Positions 40,263 through 53,116 of a stretch of DNA of 64,000 nt are shown one piece after another. Source of the DNA: Eledone cirrhosa (lineage: Eukaryota); the NCBI GenBank assembly GCA_964016885.1, contig OZ024742.1:147250001-147314000 (forward strand), read 5' to 3'. A program made the translations under genes and the position numbers. How positions within the stretch are numbered: position 1 is the stretch's first letter; every line of letters begins with the position of its first letter. The notes beneath the pieces are model-generated. The model worked only from the letters and a program-made list of their open reading frames with translations. It was not told where the DNA came from and did no database searches.

Positions 40263-40688
40263 TTTTTTGTTTGGCACAAAATTCTCTAAAAGGCTACAAA
40301 ATAAATTCTCAAATACAGGCGCGAAATTTAATGTACTTGTTCACGTGACAATCATAATTTCATTTATAACCAATCAAATTACATTTCAGCACATCAGTCA
40401 TACTCAGAACAACTCTCTCCATCCCATTTTCTTGACCATTATCTTTTGTTTGGCACAAAATTCTCTAAATGGCTACAAAAAAATTCCAAAATACGGGCGC
40501 GAAATTTAATGTACTTGTTCACGTGACAGTAATAATTTCATTTATAACCAATCAAATTACATTTATAAAAAAAAAAAAGCCTTCGTGAGCCACCTTTTTT
40601 TTAAGTAAAAAGAAATTCAAACACAAACTGGCCTGAAAGCTGATGTGTTTATTCGTGTGACTGCATCAAGCAACCAAACTTCACTCAT

Positions 40689-42218
40689 CATCATCATCAT
40701 CACCATCATCATCATCATCGTTTAAAGTCCATCTTCCACGCTAGCATGGGTCTGGACGGGAATTGTCCCACTTGAGGCAAGATTGGTTGTCTTGCTCAGG
40801 ACTGTCTGGCGGGTTTTCTACGACTGGATGCCCTTCCTAACACCAACCACGTTTACAGTGTGGACTGGGAGGTTTTTACTCTGTTACCTACACGGCCACA
40901 TTACAGCGTGGACTGAGTGTGTTTTTTGTCGTGACACCTACACGACCTCATTTATTTAGGACTGGATGTTGTGGTACCAACATAGCTTTACATCGAAAGG
41001 GGTGGTGTAGATGGCGATGGGGTAGGGGTAGTGGGACAGGGGTGTATTTTGGTTAAGAGGTGCCTACTGACTGTAGGTTTCGCTTTGTACTTAGGCAAGG
41101 CGGGTCTTCTGTATTACTACGTAGCGCCAAAGATCTCGGTCCAGTGACATTGTCTTGGAGAGGTGTAAGTGTGTGAGGTCGGATTTTATCAAGTCGTCCC
41201 AGGTTTTTCTGGGTGTGCCTACTCCGTAGCTACCGTCTATTTTGATCGCCCTGCACTTTTTTTATACAGCTGTCATCTTTCATGCGCATCACGTGACCAT
41301 ACCAACGTAGTCTTCTCTCGCGTAAACAGCATCTAATCCCTCTTATTCCTAATTTCTCACTTAGTTCATTTATGCTTTGCCGTTAGCGTATATTACTATT
41401 ACACATCCAGCGGAGCATGCAAGCTTCGTTCCTCTCCAGTCTGCGTATATCCTCTGTACACAAGGCCCATGTCTCACTGCCATGTAACATCGCTGTTCGT
41501 ATGCAGGCATCATACAGCCTGCCTTTTATTTTTAGAGAGAAACCTTTAGCGGCTAATAGTGGTATAAGCTCTCTGAACTTTTTCCATCCCGTTCGGACTC
41601 TAGCTACAGTACTTTCGGAGCACCCTCCACCACTGCTGATTTTGTCACCCAGGTAACGGAAGGTGTCGACTATTTCTATAGAACAATCTGGGCAATGGAA
41701 TGAGCTAGTATTTTGTGGGCACTTGCTGCTACTTATTGCACCAGAGCACCGGCCACATATAAAATCTATATTCTTAGTTAGCTTACCTGTGATCCCACTA
41801 CATCTTTTATGCACCCATACTTTGCATTTGGGACATAAAGTGGAGTTTCTGCCTACTCCTTTCCTACACACTGAGCATGGCCATTTACCAGATGGGACCA
41901 GTCCCCTATACTCCTTCCTACATATTAGGACTTTAATCTAAGACAAGTTAACTTTAAGACCTTTTGATTCTAGGCCATGCTTCTATGTTTGGAATTTCTT
42001 CTCTAGTTCAGCCATTGATTCGGCTATAAGCGTTAGATCATCTGCATATAGAAGTTCCCATGGGCAGCCGGTCTTGAACTCCTCCGTTATAGCTTGGAGG
42101 GCGATAATAAATAGGAGGAGGCTAAGGACGGAGCCCTGATGAACACTAACTTTTACGCTAAACTCTTCACTATATTCATTGTTAATTCTAACCTTGCTGA
42201 CTGTTTCTTTATACATGG
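40689..42218 (-). mobile_element. RTE-clade LINE, 5'-truncated and slightly degenerate
   Basis: VHQGSVLS, LLYADDL, Cys-rich insert, LHGSETW, 3' UTR and (TGA)n; possible TSD actcat. Confidence 0.95.
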
Positions 42219-42445
42219 ACTCATATATGAAAAAACAACCTGAGCCCCCCTTTTTTTGAAGAGTAATATAATAAGAACTTTGTAACGCGAACTGGCGCGA
42301 AATTTATTATACTTATTCACCAACCAACCAAATTACTTCTCTAAAAACCTAGCATTTCGAGCCACTTTTTCCATATAAAACAGAAGTAACATTCAAAGAC
42401 CAGCCAGATGTGAGAAAAACCACCTAACCCTCCATCTCAATTATA

Positions 42446-42481
42446 CTTTTGAAAAGCAGAAGAACTGCGAAACCGGTAAAG
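42446..42481 (+). ncRNA. Hammerhead-shaped motif with an altered core at the probable 3' end of the Penelope element
   Basis: CUU-UUGAAAA-GCAG-AAGAA-CUGC-GAAAC-CG-GUA-AAG, then AAUAAA. Confidence 0.55.
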
Positions 42482-43442
42482 GAACCAAATAAATATATAT
42501 TTAAAAAAAAAAAAAGACTCCAGTTGCATTTTCGATTTCATCTTTTTTCCTTATACTTTCACTCGTGTAGGACACCTCGTTTTTTTTTCATTTTGTAAAA
42601 AAACCTCACTTTCTAATATATATATATATATATAGTAATAATAATAAAATTGAAGACTAAATCCAAAGAGGGCTCGATAAGGAAAATATATATCAAATAT
42701 ATAAGAACCGTAGAGCAAATATTTATTAAAATAACAGATTCCTCCGGTTGCAACGTTTTTTGAAATATCCAGTTCTGCGTTTACAGATTGACTTTGTTAG
42801 TTTCAGAAGATCCCGTTAAGGGTGAAAGCAGCGATTCTTTGCTTAAATTTTAATCTGTTATTTTAATAAATATATATATATATATTACCTTCCTCCTGCT
42901 ATAATTATAGTCAGCATGTTTTCTCTTTATATGTATGTATATATGTGTATGTGTATATATATATATGTTTGTGTGCATGTGTGTGTATATATATATATGC
43001 CTCCTTAACCTCTGTATTAACTTGCCCATTATTTTGCTACTTTGTTAATGTTGTCTTATACATGTATGTTATTGATGATGAGAAAGCTAGACAACCCTTT
43101 CATCTAATATAGACCACACAAATCTCACTACAGTGATAAATCCTTCATCTGTCAGATAATAACCGACTCTTACGGCCACCTGACCTACATTGTTTAAAGA
43201 CACCAGCTTATCTTTACACTAGATATAATACACCCCATGACAGTTTTTACATGTCAATTTTATACATCTGCCTCATGTCAGCTAGTTTTACACGCTAAAA
43301 TCGTAGATATACTATACTTCCCACCTAGATTGATGTGATTATTTCAAATAATTTATTGCTAGCATTGTTGATATTGTTCTGACTGAATGCCATTACTACT
43401 ACATATAGTAGCCATGCCTGTATATTCTTTTCATTCTCACAA

Positions 43443-43548
43443 GCTCCGATGAACTGACTGGTTATAACTTTGTATTGGCGATCGAGTAACGTGAAAATAA
43501 GCTGATAGCGATCTCTAGACCTACCAGTTCAGAGAAACAATTGTCAGC
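43443..43548 (+). ncRNA. Hammerhead with long stem II and a U4C core change
   Basis: GCU-CCGAUGA-A-CUGA-CUGGU...ACCAG-U-UCAG-A-GAAAC-AAUU-GUC-AGC. Confidence 0.65.
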
Positions 43549-43601
43549 AATGAGATTAAAAACCTTTTTTGTATAGCAAACCGTGTCACTCTTCTTTCCT
43601 G

Positions 43602-43716
<115 letters not shown>

Positions 43717-43927
43717 TAAAATCCTAACCGCAGAACCAAGCGCTTTCAGCTTAGTACCAAGGTTGAGATTTTACATATCTCTATACCCACTCTGCATCTC
43801 CCCATGCATTGAGCACTCCCATGATTAGTGGTCTTCCCATTCTCAACACTGCAGACTCTCTCTATCCATTTCAGAATAATACCCATCAAATACATATTTC
43901 CTAATGGTTGATTAAATGATATACATG

Positions 43928-43970
43928 TCTTCTGATGAGGGTCTAATTAGATTGAAAAATCGATTAAAGG
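43928..43970 (+). ncRNA. Candidate minimal hammerhead
   Basis: UCUU-CUGAUGA-G-GGUCU-AAUU-AGAUU-GAAA-AAUCGA-UUA-AAGG. Confidence 0.55.
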
Positions 43971-44334
43971 TGTTTATCATCTTTTTCAATTTACAGGGAA
44001 ATTTGTATTTTCTGGCATATTTATATGCATACACATTAGATATGTGTATATATTTATATATGCGAGTGCAGTCTTGATTACACACACTGTATTTATACAG
44101 ATATAACTTTATATATATATATATTTCGTTTCTGAATTTGTTTAGCAGGATTCTTTATCTGAAAACGTGTGTTGAAACCGATATTGTTATACTTTGGGAG
44201 GGTCATGTTGCCAATAAGAAACACACGCACCAGTTGCTTTCACTTCAATTTATTATAATAAATTTATAAATTTATGAATTTATAAATTTCCGGTTGGTTG
44301 GTTGGTTCCACAACCAGATGGTTGTTTATATATT

Positions 44335-44377
44335 GTCAAAGTTCTTTCGTCACACATTCTGTGACCTCTTCAGTGAC
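44335..44377 (-). ncRNA. Minimal type I hammerhead ribozyme
   Basis: GUCA-CUGAAGA-G-GUCAC-AGAAUGU-GUGAC-GAAA-GAAC-UU-UGAC. Confidence 0.8.
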
Positions 44378-44499
44378 TGGGGATTCTTTTCTTTGTTTTT
44401 TGTGCCTCTCCTTTGTTCTGTCCTACGCCATCTTGTTTTTGTGTAACCCATGCTAGCGTGGAAGAACGGACGTAAAACGGTGATGATGATGATGATATA

Positions 44500-44500
44500 T

Positions 44501-44533
<33 letters not shown>

Positions 44534-44930
44534 GTTTAACGTCCATCTTCCACGCTAGCATGGGTTTGGACGGTAATTTTCCCACTTGAGGCAAGATTGG
44601 TTGTCTTGCTCGTATAGGACTGTCTGGCGGGTTTTCTACGGCTGGATGCCCTTCCTAACACCAACCACGTTTACAGTGTGGAATGGGAGGTTTTTACCGT
44701 GTTACCTACACAGCCACATTACAGCGTGGACTGTGTGTTTTTTTGTCGTGACACCTACACGACCTCATTTATTTAGGACTGGATGTTGTGGTACCAACAT
44801 AACTTACATCGAAAGGGGGTGGTGTGGATGGAGTGGGGGTAGTGGGACGGGGGTGTAATTTGGTAAGAGGTGCCTACTGACTGTAGGTTTCGCTTTGCAC
44901 TTAAGCAAGGCGGGTCTTCTGTATTACTAA
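44500..44930 (-). mobile_element. RTE LINE 3' UTR
   Basis: Matches 40689-41120. Confidence 0.9.
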
Positions 44931-45478
44931 ATATATATATATATTTATAATATATATGCACACACATACACACACATATATATATGTACATATATATAAC
45001 CCATGCTAGAGTGGAAGTTAGACGTTAAACAATGATGATTATATATATATATATATATATGAAAAACAAGGGGAGAAGAATACTGCATGGTTGCACATGG
45101 ATTACATATTATAAAATTAGTCCCTCATCAGTGATTTGCCAACCATCATTGGTATTTCATTGCATTAAAAATCAGATACCTCAGGTTGGTGCGAGCAATA
45201 ACTAAAATAAGCTATTGGGACAAGTGAAACGCGTAAAGCGAGTGAGACAAGTAAACAACAGAAGGAAAAGCAAACCGAAGGTTGGAAAAACAGCAAGCAA
45301 CATGATAGTTATCTGATCAGCATAAGCTGGGTGAATTTCATGAGCGGTCAGAGAAGCAGACTGTACGCCGTGAATGCGGTGTGAGAAAGAAGGAACCCCA
45401 CTACTAGCGAACGGGAGGAAGTGAGAAGGGGAGAAACAGAGACTGAGTGAGTGGAAGTGCGAGGAAGAGGTCAGTCGA

Positions 45479-45521
<43 letters not shown>

Positions 45522-45619
45522 CACCTTGATCACCTTGACCGACCAGTCTGTCGGGCGCCATATGACGCCGCTGGTCACAGCACGTGCTGTTTTAGCCATA
45601 CGATGACGCCATCCCACTG

Positions 45620-45892
45620 GCTAGGCGGGCAGGCTGTAAGTCTAAAGTCTGTCTTAAGCCAGAAGGCTCATTTGGCCGGTGCTTATCCCGGTTTCATGGC
45701 GTGAAGCGACTGAGAGTACAAGACTCCCCCTAGACAGGACGCCAGTCCATCACTGGGTTAAACCTCCAGCTATTGCTGGTACTCATTTTCAGCTGTGTAA
45801 ACTGGAGCAACGTGAAATAAAGTGTCTTGCTCAAGGAAACAACACATCACCCGGTCCGAGAATTGAACTCACAACCTTTCGATTGCAAGCCA
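45620..45892 (-). mobile_element. tRNA-derived SINE (13811-type head with a different 3' half)
   Basis: Head region matches the reverse complement of 13840-13945; the body resembles 4870-5030. Confidence 0.75.
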
Positions 45893-45986
45893 ATTTAGTG
45901 TTTGGGGTGCTAACTAATCAGTATTTCGTGGATAGCTGGTTGTATTATTTTATATGAGACATAATTAAATATATATCTCTTTCCTT

Positions 45987-46108
45987 CCAGACGATCGTTT
46001 CGTTATAAGATTTCTACAATTTAGGATAAATAATGTCCAGGTTATGTAGAAACTTGTATATAATCCATAGTCTTATACACAAGCGGGCTCTTATAAACTC
46101 ATCAGTGG
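45987..46108 (-). ncRNA. Hammerhead ribozyme with a branched stem II of about 97 nt
   Basis: CCA-CUGAUGA-GUUUAUAAGA-[two hairpins]-UCUUAUAAC-GAAAC-GAUC-GUC-UGG. Confidence 0.8.
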
Positions 46109-46427
46109 CTGCCCAAATAATATTGATATAAAAATTACATCGACATTAATAAATTAGTGATGGTCTCCTTCAGCGCTAAAGAGACTGCTAGATTCGAAAG
46201 GCCAGCAGTCCTTATAAAGATAAGATACACGCTGCCCCCAAGAGGGTTAGGGGAGGTCATCTTAAAATATAAAACAATATACACGCTGGTCATTTAAACC
46301 TGTTAGGTATTATAACCACATGTTTAAGAACTCAATTGGATATTAAAAGAATAAATATATGTATATACGATCGATGCACACATAGAGATATTAAAATATA
46401 ATAAATACATGTATGGACCACCTATAT

Positions 46428-47417
46428 ACAGAGAGCTTATACCACTATTAGCCGCTAGAGGGTTCTCCCTAAAAATGAAAGGCAGGTTATACGATGCCTG
46501 CATACGAACAGCAATGCTGCATGGCAGTGAGACCTGGGCATTGTGTGCAGAGGATATACGCAGACTAGAGAGGAACGAAGCTTGCATGCTCTGCTGGATG
46601 TGCAATAGTAATATACGTGAACGGCAAAGCATAAACGAACTAAGGAAAAAATTAGGAATAAGAGGGATCAGATGTTGTTTACTCGAGAGAAGGCTACGTT
46701 GGTACGGTCACGTGATGCGCATGAAAGACGACAGCTGTATAACAAAGTGCAGGGCAATAAAGATAGACGGTAGCCACGGAGTAGGCAGACCCAGAAAAAC
46801 ATGGGACGAGCTGATAAATTCCGACCTCACACGCTTACACCTCTCCAAGACAATGTCACTGGACCGAGACCTTTGGTGGTACTCAGTAATAGAGAAGACC
46901 CGCCTTACCTAAATACAAAGTAAAAACCTACTACAGTCAGTAGGCACCTCTATCAAAACACACCCCCGTCCCACCACCTCCACCCCACCCACACCGCCCC
47001 TTTCAATGTAAAGTTATGTTGGTCCCACAACATCCAGGCCGAAACAAATGAGATCGTGTAGGTGTCACGACAAAAAACACACAGTCCACGCTGTAAATGT
47101 GGCCGTGTAGGCAACACGGTAAAAACCTCCCAGCCCCACACTGTAAATGTGGTTGGTGTTAGGAAGGGCATCCAGCTGTAGAAAACCCGCCAGACAGTCC
47201 ACGCTGTAATGTGGCCGTGTAGGCAACACGGTAAAAACCTCCCAGCCCCACACTGTAAATGTGGTTGCTGTTAGGAAGGGCATCCAACTGTAGAAAACCC
47301 GCCAGACAGTCCTATGCGAGCAAGACAACCACTCTTGCCTCAAGTGGGAAAACCCCCGTCCAAACCCATGCAAGCGTGGAACACGGACGCTAAACCTGAT
47401 GATGATGATGATGATGA
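46428..47417 (+). mobile_element. RTE LINE 3' part with a tandem duplication of about 116 bp in the 3' UTR
   Basis: ORF 46409-46912 is nearly identical to the C-terminus of 47840-48763. Confidence 0.95.
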
Positions 47418-47735
47418 TTTATTCTCTAAGGCTAAAAAATCAGACATCGGATATAAGGAAAATCAATCAGTATTTCATATAAAAAATAATAATAATAAAG
47501 AAAGTCATACCTTATATCTGGAAATCATATCTGGCCACCAAGAGTATATATTTAATACATTAACAGAGAAAGCCTGAAGCGATACTCTGACCAACTCCAT
47601 CTCACTCAACAAACATTAGGATATACCTAAGTATTCTCCCAATTTAGTGTTTGGGGTGCTAACTAATCAGTATTTCGTGGATAGCTGGTTGTATTATTTT
47701 ATATGAAACATAATTAAATATATATATATATATAT

Positions 47736-49160
47736 CCCTACTATTTATTATTGCCCTTCAGGCTATAACAGAGGAGTTCAAGACAGGCTGCCCATGGGAA
47801 CTCCTATACGCAGACGACCTGACACTCATAGCGGAATCAATGGCCGAGCTAGAGAAGAAATTCCAAACATGGAAGCACGGCCTAGAGTCAAAAGGACTTA
47901 AAATTAACCTGGCTAAGACCAAAGTTCTAGTTTGTAGGAAAGAAAACAAGGCAGCGGTCCCTTCTGGGAAATGGCCGTGCTCGGTGTGTAGGAAAGGCGT
48001 AGGTAGAAACTCCATTTTATGTCCTAAATGCAAAGTATGGGTGCATAAAAGATGTAGTGGGATCACAGGTAAGCTAACTAAGAACATAGATTTTACATGT
48101 GGCCGGTGTTCTGGTGCAATAAGTAGCAGCAAGTGCCCACAAAATACTAGCTCTTTCAATTGCGCAGAGGGTTCTATAGAAATAGTGGACAGCTTCCGTT
48201 ACCTGGGCGATAAAATCAGCAGTGGGGGAGGGTGCTCTGAAAGTACTGTAGCTAGAGTCAGAACTGGTTGGAAAAAGTTCAGAGAGCTTATACCACTATT
48301 AGCTGCTAAAGGGTTCTCCCTAAAAATGAAAGGCAGGTTGTACGATGCCTGCATACGAACAGCAATGCTGCATGGCAGTGAGACCTGGGCATTGTGTGCA
48401 GAGGATATACGCAGACTAGAGAGGAACGAAGCTTGCATGCTCCGCTGGATGTGTAACAGTAATATACGTGAACGGCAAAGCATAAACGAACTAAGGAAAA
48501 AATTAGAGATAAGAGGGATCAGATGTTGTCTACTCGAGAGAAGGCTACGTTGGTATGGACACGTGATGCGCATGAAAGTCGATAGCTGTATAACAAAGTG
48601 CAGGGCAATAAAGATAGACGGTAGTCACGGAATAGGCAGACCTAGAAAAACCTGGGACGAGCTGATAAACTCCGACATCACACACTTACACCTCTCCAAG
48701 ACAATGTCACTGGACCGAGACCTTTGGCGGTACTCAGTAACAGAGAAGACCCGCCTTACCTAAATATATAGTAAAACCTACTCCAACCAGTAGGCATCTC
48801 TAACAAAATACACCCCGTCCCACCACCACCACCCCCACCCCATCCACACCACCCCGTTCTATGTAAAGTTATGTTGGTGCCGCGCCATAGGCCGAAACAA
48901 ATGAGATCGTGTAGGTGTCACGACAAAAAAACACACAGTCCACGCTGTAATGTGGCCGTGTAGGCAACACCGTAAAAACCTCCCAGACCCACACTGTAAA
49001 TGTGGTTGGTGTTAGGAAGGGCATCCAACTGTAGAAAACCTGCCAGACAGTCCTATGCGAGCAAGACAATCACTCTTGCCTCAAGTGGGACTACCCCCGT
49101 CCAAACCCATGCAAGCGTGGAACACGGACGTTAAACGTTGATGATGATGATGATGATGAT
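47736..49160 (+). mobile_element. RTE LINE, 5'-truncated, open frame to the natural stop
   Basis: LLYADDL upstream of ORF 47840-48763, Cys-rich finger, FRYLG, LHGSETW, LRWYGHV, GRPRKTW, (TGA)n tail. Confidence 0.95.
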
Positions 49161-49173
49161 ATAAATAAGTATA

Positions 49174-49729
49174 CAGGATATTTGTTCGCAATTTTCAACT
49201 GCTAATTTTATGCAAATTTTTTATACTTCCGTTGTCACTCTTGTCTTCATAAAAACAGTGACTATATTTCCATTTTTTATTTTCAGAATAATTGATTATG
49301 AATAATTTTGAACCTCCAAATTTGTGGTAGAAACACGGAGTTCTTCTTCGAATCAGCGCCGGGAGGACAAATAAGGAAATTTCAGACTTTCTGAGCGTCA
49401 GCAAGAGAATTGTGGAAAAGGTCAGAAAGGAATTGGAAGATTCAGGATTCGACTACGAAGCAACATCAGAGAGGAAAACACATGATCGACGATATGACGT
49501 CTACAGAATGCCCGAGTTCGTCGCTGAAGTTCAGGATATCATCAACAATGAACCTAGCAAGTTGATGCGTGCCATTGCAAGGGAGAAAGGCGTGGATGAA
49601 AAGCTCATTAGGCTGGTGGTACATGAAGACAAACTGACCCAAGTTTGATAAATATATCTTAAAAAATAAAACTACTGTGTTATTTTTTCCTAGACAGTAA
49701 TCTTGCGAACAAATATCGTCCGCACCCTG
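49174..49729 (+). mobile_element. Tc1/mariner internal-deletion derivative retaining the HTH region
   Basis: Inverted termini cagg..atatttgttcgcaa / ttgcgaacaaatatcgtccgcaccctg; ORF 49412-49648 with MRAIAREKGVDEKLIRLVVHED. Confidence 0.8.
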
Positions 49730-50346
49730 TTTATATATATATATATGTATATATATGCATATGGCCAGAAACATATACTCTTACAGCTAATGCAGACCAA
49801 CACAAAATACACACACTCCACTTTTCCTTTCACAGTTCTGTATACACACACACACCCACATACTTTGCTCATAGCTTCATACTTACAAGCACACACGCAC
49901 TCTTTTACTTACATATACACACACATATCCTCCTAGCTTCGTACGGACACACACTCACATACACACAGACACACACTCACATACACACACGCATGTGCAC
50001 AAGTATAGCTCTATATAGAAAAATTTTTTTTTCCATTTCAAGTAGACGCGCTCCATCATCCACTTTTCTAAAAAAATATATAATATACAAAACGCCAGCA
50101 CCAACAGTTTTCCAAGAGATGGCAACATGAATGGACCTGCTATTTTTCTCTAAGAACTTTTTTTCCAATTCCACCCCACCCATCTCTTCAATCTTTCTAA
50201 TTTCTCATTCTTTCTTCTGATGAAGGACTAGCGCTCGAAAAGACCCTCTTTCTGCCATTTTAAGCGTTAACCTAATATATTCCTTCCACATACTGTACCG
50301 ATTGTGTTATTATTTCTGTTTACCTTTTACATATATATATATATAT

Positions 50347-51040
50347 ATGAACTAAGTGAGAAATTAGGAATAAGAGGGGTTAGATGCTGTTTACTTGAAA
50401 GAAGACTACGTTGGTATGGTCACGTGATGCGCATGAAAGACAACAGCTGTATAAAAAAGTGCAGAGCAATCAAAATTGATGGAAGTTACGGAGTAGGTAG
50501 ACCCAGAAAAACCTGGGACGATTTGATAAATTCCGACCTTACACACTTGCACCTCTCTAAGACAATGTCACTGGACCGAGATCTTTGGTGCCACGCAGTA
50601 ATACAGAAGACCCGCCTTGCCTATGTATAAAGCGAAACCTACAGTCAGTATGCACCTCTTAAGCAAATACACACCCCAATCCACTACCCCTACTCCATCC
50701 TCCCACTCCCACCAACACCACTCTTTCTCTGTAAAGTTGGTACCACAACATCCAATCCAAATAAATGAGATAATGAGATCGAGATCATGTAGGTGTCACA
50801 ACAAAAAAAACACAGTCCACGCTGTAATGTGGCCGTGTAGGTAACACGGTAAAAAGTTCCCAGTCCACACTGTAAATGTGGTTGGTGTTAGGAAGGGCAC
50901 CCAGCCGTAGAAAACCTGCCACATAGTCCTATACGAGCGAGACACGGTCACCCGACCAACCTTGCCTCAAATTGGGACAACTCCCATCTAACCCATGCTA
51001 GCGTGGAAGATAGACGTTAAACGATGATGATGATGATGAT
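50347..51040 (+). mobile_element. RTE LINE 3' fragment
   Basis: ELSEKLGIRGVRCCLLERRLRWYGHV plus 3' UTR. Confidence 0.95.
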
Positions 51041-51404
51041 GATATATATATATAATATATATATTTATATATACTTATATATATTGTGTGAGTGTGTGTG
51101 TATATATATATACATGTCTATATATAAGTATATGTCTATATGCGTGTTCATAAAAATTATATTTAATCTATAAGAAAGAGAAGAATACAATTTTGAAATT
51201 CTGAAAAAAGAATCAAATTAAGAACCATTCTTTATCGGTTGCTGAAGATGGATATTAGAAAGAAGAAACAGAAATTTACAAATATAATCAGACATCAGAA
51301 ATCAAGAATCTCAAATCTCCTTGCACTGAATAGCTCAAGGGTGGTTTGTTTGTTTTTGCTGTTTAGTCATGAAAGGAAGGGCCATACATATAATCCACCA
51401 CTGG

Positions 51405-51579
51405 TACTACTATTGCTGCTGCTACTACTACTACTACTACTACTACTATTACTACTACCACCACCACCACTACCACCACCCTCACCACCACCACCACCAC
51501 AACTACTACTGCTACCCCCACCCTCACCACCACCACTACTACTACCACCACCACCACTACTACTACTGCTACTACTACC

Positions 51580-51623
<44 letters not shown>

Positions 51624-51660
51624 CACTACTACTACCACCACTACCACCATCACCACCACC

Positions 51661-51708
<48 letters not shown>
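51405..51708. repeat. (CTA)n/(CCA)n trinucleotide tract
   Basis: Direct observation. Confidence 0.95.
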
Positions 51709-51709
<1 letters not shown>

Positions 51710-51964
51710 TATAACATCAACCATTAAACCAACACACTCAATGAAAAATAGATGTGAAAATGGTTTTAGTTTTGTTTTATTGTTGTTGTTTGTAATCGAT
51801 TTCCCCAGATAGTATGAGTGGTGCTGTTTTATGTTTTGTTTGTTTAGATGCTACTGTATAGTTGTTTCACAGCTTTCCCATCACTAAACCACTCAAGCAT
51901 GAAGTAGAATTGGTACTGATAGGTACTATCAAGTGGGGTGGGGTCAGCTAATAGAGAAAATGTT

Positions 51965-52290
51965 TTATATTCATGTCTTCAAGGAATATAACATTGGACA
52001 ACTCTCCCATGAGTTTGTAAGTTCATATCTTCCAACCTGTAAAAGTGAATGGTGAATTCTTTGCTTGCAAAGATCAGTGGGAAGAATTGTTCTCCTGCTC
52101 TGTGCGGTGGCATACCCTGAGGTTGCTGTAGAGGCCAATTCTGAAGCCGCAGGCTCTGTTACAGTTGGGGCAAGTGTGTACATGGTCAGTTGATGGTTGG
52201 GTGGTGGTCAGCTTTCTTCTTTGATATTTGTCTTCAGCTGCCACCTTCCTGTCCTCCTCAAAGCTGGCTGCAGCTGCTAAGGATGGCAAT
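51965..52290 (-). mobile_element. RTE/BovB-like LINE 3' end with a C2H2-like finger
   Basis: FEEDRKVAAEDK...CPNCNRACGFRIGLYSNLR. Confidence 0.7.
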
Positions 52291-52364
52291 GCTAAAAGAA
52301 AATGTGACAAGTGATCAAAGATTTCATGGAATGGCAATGTCTCTTTTAAGCTGCAATGAACAAG

Positions 52365-53030
52365 ACAACCTCTCTGGTGTTGGTGCTATGATAGAATACA
52401 CTTTGTAAAGTAGTGAATGAACAAACCACATCGACATATAGTAGAGGGGAACCTTTAGCCTTGTTGATAACTTGACAACCTTTCTAGTGCTGGAGCCATG
52501 ATAAAACACACCCAGTACACCTTGTAAAGTGGTTGATGAATGAACAGACAAAATATAGAGTAGAGAGGAAAATTTGGTCTGGGATGAGTAGAAGATAACC
52601 TCTCTAGTGCTAGTGCCATGATATAACACACTCAGTACATTCTGTAAAGTGGTTGCTGAATGAACCAAGTCATCATAGAGTTGAGAGAAACTTTTGACCT
52701 TGTCGAGAACTTGACCTCTCTATCACTGGTACAATAATATAACACTGCACAAGATACTTGGTGATCGAATGGAGATAATATAGTGAAAGACTTTTCAGTC
52801 TGGTTGAGCACAGGACAACCTATCTTATGCTGGTGCCACAATAAAATTCACCCAATACCCTATAATGAAATAGTTGGCTTTAGGAAGGGCAACAAGCCAT
52901 AGAAAACATGCTAAAATATTGAATGTATTAGCAAGACATGATTATTCATCCATGTATTGTCTCAGACTGTAATAACCTACTCAACCCGTGACAGCATGGA
53001 AAATGGACATAGAATGATGATGATGATATC
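52365..53030 (+). repeat. Old tandem repeat of about 120 bp ending in an RTE/SINE-type tail
   Basis: Repeated gacaacct.tct.gtgct.gtgccatgata...tgtaaagtggttg. Confidence 0.6.
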
Positions 53031-53116
53031 ATACTGCAAGCAATTTGTCTATATAATGGACAGTAGCACCAGATTTAGGCCTAAGCTAAACAAGCTACAG
53101 CTTAGGGCTGCAAAAT

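Noticed and set aside
51239-51812. Poly-L/P, poly-S/G, poly-Y/H and poly-V ORFs
   Set aside because: Trinucleotide repeat open in several frames, with no splice or homology support
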